Below are positions 57,634-64,000 of a stretch of 64,000 nt of DNA, in pieces. Within the stretch, counting starts at the first letter, position 1; each line of letters opens with the position of its first letter. Both the position numbers and the translations under genes were made by a program. The DNA comes from a virus. The notes under the pieces are model-generated. The model was not told where the DNA came from and ran no database searches. It saw only the letters and a program-made list of their open reading frames with translations. Location: the IMG/VR virus record IMGVR_UViG_3300020419_001305, positions 14,285-78,284 of that record; one strand, 5' to 3'.

Positions 57634-58479
57634 ATGGACTATTACGATCTTCTAGGCGTACGGAAACAAGCCACCGATAAAGACTTAAAAGATGCTTTCA
57701 AAAATAAAGCAAGAGAACACCATCCTGACAAAGGTGGTGATCCAGAAAAGTTCAAACAAATTAACGAGGCTTACCAAAATCTATCTGATCCGCAAAAGCG
57801 GCAAATGTATGATCAATTCGGTACTGTTGATCCACAACAGCAAATGCCTAGAGGTGGACAAACTTTCCATTTTACAGGAGATGGATTTGGCGGTGGTATT
57901 AATATTAATGATATAATGAATCAATTTGGTATGGGTGGCTTTGGACAAAGACAAATGGCAAATCAGGATATCACGATCGGCTGTCGCATTACCTTAAATG
58001 AAGTATATACTGGTAAGAATGTTATTGCTAATTATAGACTTAATAATGGACAAGAACAAACTGTAGACATAAAAATTCCACCTGGAATATCTCCTGGAGA
58101 CAAGATTAAATATTCAGGTATGGGCCAAAAAGACATAAATGGTATTCCGCCGGGAGACCTCTATGTTCAGATACAGGTCTTAGGAGACAGAGATTGGTCT
58201 ATTAACGGATTAGATTTACTAGTCCAAAAGAAAGTGAGTGTTTTAGATTTAATGACTGGAACTACTTTTAATTTAGATACTCCAGAAGGCACAAGTATAA
58301 GGCTAACTATTCCAAAAGGCACACAACCCAACACCGTGTTCAATGTTACAGGCAAAGGATTACCTAATAGAAAAATAGGTACACAAGGAAATATCCATGT
58401 CAAGATTATAGGCACAGTTCCTAAAAATTTAGACGAAGAAGATGTAACGGCAATTGAGCAGATACGAAGGAAAAATTAG
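57634..58479 (+). CDS. DnaJ-class chaperone (type II, no Zn finger)
   Basis: DYYDLLGV, HPD, G/F-rich linker, GDLYV, C-terminal domain. Confidence 0.92.
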   Translation: MDYYDLLGVRKQATDKDLKDAFKNKAREHHPDKGGDPEKFKQINEAYQNLSDPQKRQMYDQFGTVDPQQQMPRGGQTFHFTGDGFGGGININDIMNQFGMGGFGQRQMANQDITIGCRITLNEVYTGKNVIANYRLNNGQEQTVDIKIPPGISPGDKIKYSGMGQKDINGIPPGDLYVQIQVLGDRDWSINGLDLLVQKKVSVLDLMTGTTFNLDTPEGTSIRLTIPKGTQPNTVFNVTGKGLPNRKIGTQGNIHVKIIGTVPKNLDEEDVTAIEQIRRKN

Positions 58480-58534
58480 TTGACAAAATTGTACAAAAAA
58501 TGTATAATAAATAAAAAATTAGGAGTGAAAACGA

Positions 58535-60796
58535 ATGGTTGAACCATCTGAAGAATTACAGGTAGTTTTTGAAAAAGCAAATAACGATGCTAAAAAGTTA
58601 AAGCATGAATATGTAACTTTAGAGCATTTGTTCTTTGCCATGTGTTGTAGTGACAACTTCATGAAAATATTAGAAGGATATGGAGTAGAAATCGCAAAAC
58701 TTAAAGACGAGCTACATGAATATCTTCAAAATAAGTTAGACGATATTAAGCTAGATATAGACAAGCCTTATAAGCCAAAGAAAACACAAACTGTTGAAAG
58801 AGTAATGAATAGAGCTTTCACACAAGTATTGTTTAGTGGTAGACAACATATAGACATTACAGATGTATTTTTATCAATGCTTAACGAGAAAAAGTCTTTT
58901 AGCACATATATTGCTACTGCTAATGGTGTTAACAAAGATAAGTTTAACGAATATATTAACGCAGAATATGTAAGTACCATTGAAGACGAAGAACTAGCCG
59001 GTGTTGCTCAAAGAGCGTTACGAGCATTTACAACCAATCTTAATACTAAAGTTAGTCAAGGAAAAATTGATCCTGTAATAGGTAGACAAGAAGAGCTAGA
59101 AACTATTTGTTTAAGCCTGGGTAGACGTTTAAAAAATAATGTACTACTTGTAGGTGATCCTGGAGTAGGTAAGACTGCTATCGCAGAAGGATTGGCATAT
59201 AGAATCGTAAACAAAGTTGTACCTAAGTTCTTAGAAGAATATAGTGTTTATAACTTAGACATAGGTTCGATGTTAGCCGGTTCTAAATATAGAGGAGACT
59301 TTGAAGAACGTTTCAAATTAGTCATGTCAGCTATTAAGAAACAAGGTAAAACAATAGTATTCATCGACGAAGCACATATGATGAACGGTGCTGGTGCTGG
59401 TGGTGGCAATAGTTCAAATGATTTGGCTAATATGTTAAAGCCTGCTTTAGGTAAAGGTGATATCAAAGTTGTTGCGTCAACTACTTGGGACGAATATAGA
59501 AAATACTTTGAAAAGGATCGTGCTTTAATGCGTAGATTCCAACGTGTCAGTGTAGACGAACCTGATAAGAAAACATCTGAAGATATATTAAAAGGCATTA
59601 AAAAATACTATGAAGAGTTTCATAATGTTGTTATAACTGATGAAGCAATTGATGAAGCTATTAAATTAAGTGTAAAATATATGACTGATAAGAAACTACC
59701 AGATAAAGCAATAGATCTTATAGACCTAGCTTGTTCTAGATTTAATTTAAAAGAAGAAATTCCAGAAGAGAAAATTGTATCTCCAGAAGAAATTAAATTT
59801 GAATTAGCTAAGGTAGTTAACTTGCCTCCTGAACAAATTCAACAAAAAGAGACAAACAACCTAAATCAACTTAACAAAAATCTTAAATTAAACGTGTATG
59901 GTCAAGACAATGCTATAGATGAAATTGTAGATAAAATTTTAGTAGCACAAGCGGGGCTTAAATCTGAAGACAAGCCTATTGGCTCTTTTGTATTCATGGG
60001 TCCTACAGGCGTAGGTAAAACTGAATTAGCAAAACAGTTAGCTAAACATTTAAGTATAAATTTAGCAAGATTTGATATGAGTGAATATCAGGAAAAACAT
60101 TCTGTATCTAAACTAATTGGTTCACCTCCAGGATATGTTGGGCATGACGAACACTCAGGACAGTTAATTAACAAGCTACAAGAACATCCGAATTGTGTGT
60201 TACTACTAGATGAAATCGAAAAAGCACATCCTGATGTTTCACAGATTCTTTTACAACTTATGGATAACGGTAAAGTAACAGGAAGTGACGGTAAAGAAGC
60301 AGATGCTAGAAACTGTATTTTAATTCTTACAACAAATCTTGGTGCTGAACAGGCAGAAAAAAATACTATTGGATTTAGTCAAGACATGGACTTGGATTAT
60401 GGTGATGATGAATTCAAAAGATTCTTTGCTCCAGAATTTAGAAATAGATTAGACGGTGTTGTAGTATTTGGCAAACTTGATAAACCTATTATGTTAAAAA
60501 TTGTTGGTAAGTTTCTTGTAGAACTAAGAAACATGTTAACAGATAAAAACGTAAAATGTGAAATATCCGACTCTGCTTTAGATCATCTAGTAGACAATGG
60601 ATTTGATAATAAAATGGGTGCTAGACCTATGCAGAGATATATCGACAAAAATATTAAACGTCCTTTAAGTAAGATGTTACTGTTCGGTGATTTAAAAGAA
60701 GGCGGAACTGTTAAGATTGATGTTGAAAAAGATCAAATAAAACTTATTTCATTAGAAAAAAAGGTGAAGCATGTTACAGAAACAGAAAACAACTAG
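58535..60796 (+). CDS. clpA: ATP-dependent Clp protease ATPase ClpA
   Basis: HEYVTLEHL N-domain, GDPGVGKT and GPTGVGKT Walker A motifs, no M-domain, IGF loop (NTIGFS). Confidence 0.92.
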   Translation: MVEPSEELQVVFEKANNDAKKLKHEYVTLEHLFFAMCCSDNFMKILEGYGVEIAKLKDELHEYLQNKLDDIKLDIDKPYKPKKTQTVERVMNRAFTQVLFSGRQHIDITDVFLSMLNEKKSFSTYIATANGVNKDKFNEYINAEYVSTIEDEELAGVAQRALRAFTTNLNTKVSQGKIDPVIGRQEELETICLSLGRRLKNNVLLVGDPGVGKTAIAEGLAYRIVNKVVPKFLEEYSVYNLDIGSMLAGSKYRGDFEERFKLVMSAIKKQGKTIVFIDEAHMMNGAGAGGGNSSNDLANMLKPALGKGDIKVVASTTWDEYRKYFEKDRALMRRFQRVSVDEPDKKTSEDILKGIKKYYEEFHNVVITDEAIDEAIKLSVKYMTDKKLPDKAIDLIDLACSRFNLKEEIPEEKIVSPEEIKFELAKVVNLPPEQIQQKETNNLNQLNKNLKLNVYGQDNAIDEIVDKILVAQAGLKSEDKPIGSFVFMGPTGVGKTELAKQLAKHLSINLARFDMSEYQEKHSVSKLIGSPPGYVGHDEHSGQLINKLQEHPNCVLLLDEIEKAHPDVSQILLQLMDNGKVTGSDGKEADARNCILILTTNLGAEQAEKNTIGFSQDMDLDYGDDEFKRFFAPEFRNRLDGVVVFGKLDKPIMLKIVGKFLVELRNMLTDKNVKCEISDSALDHLVDNGFDNKMGARPMQRYIDKNIKRPLSKMLLFGDLKEGGTVKIDVEKDQIKLISLEKKVKHVTETENN

Positions 60797-61454
60797 TCTT
60801 TTTTACAACAAATACCTTTACAAATTAAGACTTAGAAATCCAATTGGTGCTATTTTTAGAGGAATGAATCTAAGCTATGCTAAACAAAAGCTAGATGAAA
60901 TGCAAAGACAGGCTGAATCTGAATTGCCTATAAAAAGTCCTTTTAGAGTATGGCGTGGTGAAAAAGAAAACATTTCATTAGAAACTTTTATGGATAATTG
61001 TATTATCTTTACGGCATTGGAATCAAATAAAGAAAAAGCATCAGTAAGGTGTGAAGGACAAAAGTTAGATATCTATTCAAACGAATCCAGTTGGTTACTT
61101 AAAATAGCAGAAAAAATAGGTGCCCTTGAATTCCACGAACCTGCTACTGATTCTATTGCTGATTTTTTATCAAACAATGCCATTAATACGGTAGTAACGG
61201 ATAAAGAAAACGATTGGCCATATAAAGCCTTTTTAGCAAAACAAGTAGACCGTAGATTCTCTGACTTTTGTAAACAGAATTCTAAACATATTAAAATAGG
61301 TAGTAAAGCACTAGAAGCCGTTGAAAAACATCAATGGACACAGGGATTTTATTTTAGATGTAAGACAGAAAAGTATTTGATGTTAGCTAAGATAGCGGCA
61401 GGAACCGGAATTACCAAAGTCATCAAATATGTGAGCGAAGACGAATTGGCATAA
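60771..61454 (+). CDS. Hypothetical protein
   Basis: 227-aa ORF; LFYNKYLYKL. Confidence 0.7.
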   Translation: MLQKQKTTSLFYNKYLYKLRLRNPIGAIFRGMNLSYAKQKLDEMQRQAESELPIKSPFRVWRGEKENISLETFMDNCIIFTALESNKEKASVRCEGQKLDIYSNESSWLLKIAEKIGALEFHEPATDSIADFLSNNAINTVVTDKENDWPYKAFLAKQVDRRFSDFCKQNSKHIKIGSKALEAVEKHQWTQGFYFRCKTEKYLMLAKIAAGTGITKVIKYVSEDELA

Positions 61455-61462
61455 ATAGTTGC

Positions 61463-61804
61463 ATGCCGAGTAGTAGTGAAATAATTTTATCAGCAAATAC
61501 ACACCCTGGAGATAGTACGACAGAAACTATCACAGGAAGCAACTTCCGTGGTGACGGTTATTATGGTAGAGCCGATGGTTTACATACAGTACAGTATGAT
61601 TATAACGGTTTAACTGGCACAATTACTATACAAGGAACGTTAGCTACAAATCCAGAATCTACAGACTGGTTCGATGTTACTTCTCTTACTGTATCAACAG
61701 AGACAGCGGTTAAGTATGCGAATTTTACTGGTAACTTTGTTTACATTAGAGCCAAAGTTATATACACAGATGGTACTATAAATAGTATTAGGATGAATCA
61801 TTAA
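61463..61804 (+). CDS. Hypothetical beta-rich protein, probably structural
   Basis: GDGYYG..DGLHTV, IQGTLAT.P...DWF; TAAATA 5 nt before ATG. Confidence 0.7.
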   Translation: MPSSSEIILSANTHPGDSTTETITGSNFRGDGYYGRADGLHTVQYDYNGLTGTITIQGTLATNPESTDWFDVTSLTVSTETAVKYANFTGNFVYIRAKVIYTDGTINSIRMNH

Positions 61805-61813
61805 GGAAGTGCT

Positions 61814-62080
61814 ATGGAAAACTTTATAAACATAGTTTTTGACACAAAGCAGGAAGTAGATGACATAGTTGTCTCTGAAGTAGCAACATCAGCATCAAAT
61901 GCCTTATTAGAAGAAGAAACAGGCTATGAGCTGTACGATACAAATGATGGTAAAACAGTTCTAACAGTTGAAACACATGTTCAACTAGATGAACAAGAGT
62001 CAAACAATGTGGCAGAGAAAATAGCAAATAAATTATTTGATTTAGGATATAACAACTTTGATATTGAAGTGAGTGTTTAA
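61814..62080 (+). CDS. Acidic hypothetical protein
   Basis: SD AAGGA. Confidence 0.65.
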   Translation: MENFINIVFDTKQEVDDIVVSEVATSASNALLEEETGYELYDTNDGKTVLTVETHVQLDEQESNNVAEKIANKLFDLGYNNFDIEVSV

Positions 62081-63138
62081 TGCGTTTCCGTCAATTCAAG
62101 TTAAATGAAAAACGTCCTGTCACAGGTTTAGACAAAGAGCGTTTAAAAAAAATTGATAGAATTACACGACAGCTACAAGGCGATCCTGAATTAGTAGATG
62201 AAATTTTTACACAGATTAGCACAAAAGCAAAAGATATTGAAGGCAATTTTATTAATAGATTTATTGCTATGCTTGCCCCGGAAAATACAAGACCAGAAGC
62301 CGATCAAGCATTTTCAAATTTTTTAAGAAAATATGCTGAAGTTATTTCCGAAGTTGAAAGTACAACAGAAGAAAAATTTGCTTTTATAGGTAATTTAGGA
62401 AAGAAAAGCTACGTAGACTCAGGCAAACTTCTAAAGCCAGGAAAGTCTAGCTGGGACGATTGGTTATCTAATGATGATTTTGCTAGAAAATTATTTGACC
62501 ATGCGTTTGGCGATCCAAGACTTACTACTGACAACAAGGGTCCAGGTGAAGCGGCCCTGGCTATTCTTTCTCCAGAGATAAAATTATCATTGGGTGGAAG
62601 TGGAGACATAGAAGTAAAAAATACACCTGTGGAAGTTAAGGCGGCGGCAGGTAGCAGTACAGGAGCAGGCAGACTTACTCCTACAAAAAATACACTAGGT
62701 ATGTACAATTCTAAACAAGTAGCTAAGATGCTATTTCCGAATGATCAAACAAAACAAGACGCTTTGGTCCAAGGATATCCTAACTGTTCAGCTAACATAT
62801 TTGGTAAATTTGTTGATGACTTCCAACTAGAAACTGCTCAAATACAAAACTTACTAGCAAACATTTTTAAAGAAGAATCCATACAAGATATGATTAGCAA
62901 GGTTGCCGAAAAAGGCAAGAATATTACTGGTAAAGATCTTTTACAATTAAGTATATACAATTACGGAAGATCACAGAATGATGAACATTTCCTAATTCTT
63001 GTGAAATCTACAAGATCTAGCTTATACTTCCAGATTGATAATTGGGATCAACCAGGATTACAGTTTAGTTTAAATATATTTGGCAATGATCTACGTACAG
63101 TAGGACAAACACAAATAGGTATCCTAAAAAGAGCTTAG
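62080..63138 (+). CDS. Hypothetical protein, PD-(D/E)xK-like motif
   Basis: GPGEAALAIL..GDIEVKNTPVEVK; N-terminus MRFRQFKLNE. Confidence 0.65.
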   Translation: MRFRQFKLNEKRPVTGLDKERLKKIDRITRQLQGDPELVDEIFTQISTKAKDIEGNFINRFIAMLAPENTRPEADQAFSNFLRKYAEVISEVESTTEEKFAFIGNLGKKSYVDSGKLLKPGKSSWDDWLSNDDFARKLFDHAFGDPRLTTDNKGPGEAALAILSPEIKLSLGGSGDIEVKNTPVEVKAAAGSSTGAGRLTPTKNTLGMYNSKQVAKMLFPNDQTKQDALVQGYPNCSANIFGKFVDDFQLETAQIQNLLANIFKEESIQDMISKVAEKGKNITGKDLLQLSIYNYGRSQNDEHFLILVKSTRSSLYFQIDNWDQPGLQFSLNIFGNDLRTVGQTQIGILKRA

Positions 63139-63486
63139 ACTAGTTTCTCTATCTAAAAATTTATAATCAATATTCAACGGAGCAAAGGGTTTTAACGAAT
63201 CAAATACCACTTGTTTACTAAGATTGCTACAAGTATAAACATCTAATTGTACTAAAGCAGGAGTACATTCGTCCCAAACGTGTATGACAACGTGGCTTGT
63301 TTCTATTGCTGTAATACAAGTAATGCCTCTATTACCTTCCATATCACAATACTTGGCATAAGGACCAAGCATTATCTTCATTCCAACTGATTCTATTAAT
63401 TGTTTAGTCCACTCTACTATTTGCTGTTCGTTATTAGGTGGATTGTTTACTTCTGCCCTAACTATTAGATGCTTGTGCTGTAACAT
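63124..63486 (-). CDS. speD: Pyruvoyl-dependent S-adenosylmethionine decarboxylase-like proenzyme
   Basis: HKHLIV, IETSHVVIHVW, QLDVYTC; TAAGTA and AGGA upstream on minus strand. Confidence 0.85.
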   Translation of the reverse strand: MLQHKHLIVRAEVNNPPNNEQQIVEWTKQLIESVGMKIMLGPYAKYCDMEGNRGITCITAIETSHVVIHVWDECTPALVQLDVYTCSNLSKQVVFDSLKPFAPLNIDYKFLDRETSLSSF

Positions 63487-63581
63487 AAGCGTGTCCTTTT
63501 TAGGTTTTACTTATCTCAATCTAACTTTTGTATTAGCATATATTGATAAATACTTTATATTACAACATACAAGGTGGTATC

Positions 63582-64000
63582 ATGGGAAAAACATTTAAAG
63601 ATTACTTATTAGAAGTAACAAACGAAAATGCTTTAGATCCAACTCTAGATGATCAAGGCAGATATAACCCACACTGGAATAGACCAAATCCAATGGGAGC
63701 AATAGATAGTGATAAGAAAAAACAAAAAGCACAGGTTAAAAAGAAACCTGTAAAAAAACCCAAAGATACCGCATATGATAAAGCCTGGAAAAAAGCACAA
63801 GACTCAGCCTTTCAAGACTATATGAATAGGCCCATGCCTAGATCACCTAGTGGAAAATATGGTGAAGCAAGTGTGTCGGAAAACATTAAAGTTACAGACA
63901 AAATGCGTGGAGAAATCCAACAGTGGAATGAAAAGTTCAGCAGATATACAGGTATGAACGGAGACGATTTACCAAATGGACTTATCCAAGCAGGATTAAA
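63582..64000 (+). CDS. Hypothetical protein, 3'-truncated (possible internal head protein)
   Basis: MGKTFKDYLLEVTNE...; TAAATA at 63547; frame open to window end. Confidence 0.65.
   Translation, partial: MGKTFKDYLLEVTNENALDPTLDDQGRYNPHWNRPNPMGAIDSDKKKQKAQVKKKPVKKPKDTAYDKAWKKAQDSAFQDYMNRPMPRSPSGKYGEASVSENIKVTDKMRGEIQQWNEKFSRYTGMNGDDLPNGLIQAGL

Noticed and set aside
819-60796. Interpretation as bacterial chromosome because of rpsU, clpAPS, guaC and dnaJ
   Set aside because: These genes are interspersed with baseplate, endolysin/spanin, gp44-like and late-promoter features and lack bacterial operon context
1-64000. CRISPR array, DGR, integrase, transposase, intron/intein, stop-codon reassignment
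   Set aside because: No repeat-spacer arrays, reverse transcriptase, recombinase or splicing motifs seen; TAA, TAG and TGA all terminate intact genes; tRNA-Trp has a standard CCA anticodon

Overview
AT-rich, gene-dense segment, mostly on the + strand, of a large lytic myovirus-like (T4-superfamily-like) phage genome. The host is Gram-negative, probably a marine/aquatic proteobacterium (inferred from spanins, an FdxA-type ferredoxin, IbpA-type Hsp20 with a ROSE-like leader, and a PcyX-type bilin reductase). Contents: (i) host-takeover/auxiliary genes: bS21, GuaC, Hsp20, ClpS/ClpP/ClpA, DnaJ, GroES, parvulin, heme oxygenase plus bilin reductase, peroxiredoxin, Cu/Zn SOD, IscA, ferredoxin, UvsE, QueD-like, PMM-like, PsiE, PhoH, SpeD, three 2OG oxygenases; (ii) three tRNAs (Trp-CCA, Arg-GCG, Thr-TGT); (iii) replication/nucleotide genes: ATP-dependent ligase, DnaE fragment, clamp loader, ThyX, MazG-like; (iv) a tail/baseplate block at 27.2-44.1 kb with a 2627-aa protein and an S8 protease; (v) a GH19 endolysin-spanin lysis cassette. 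Most interesting signals: phycobiliprotein-like Cys-x-Arg-Asp helical domains inside the giant tail protein of a phage that also encodes bilin synthesis (hypothesis: chromophorylated virion); two SD-led ORFs overprinted in uvsE; apparent complete avoidance of GCWGC; many TAARTA-N4-6-ATG, apparently leaderless, late genes; T4 capsid-targeting-like N-termini on SOD and nuclease-like proteins; and a complete ClpAPS set. All family calls come from motif recognition by eye; no database searches were run.
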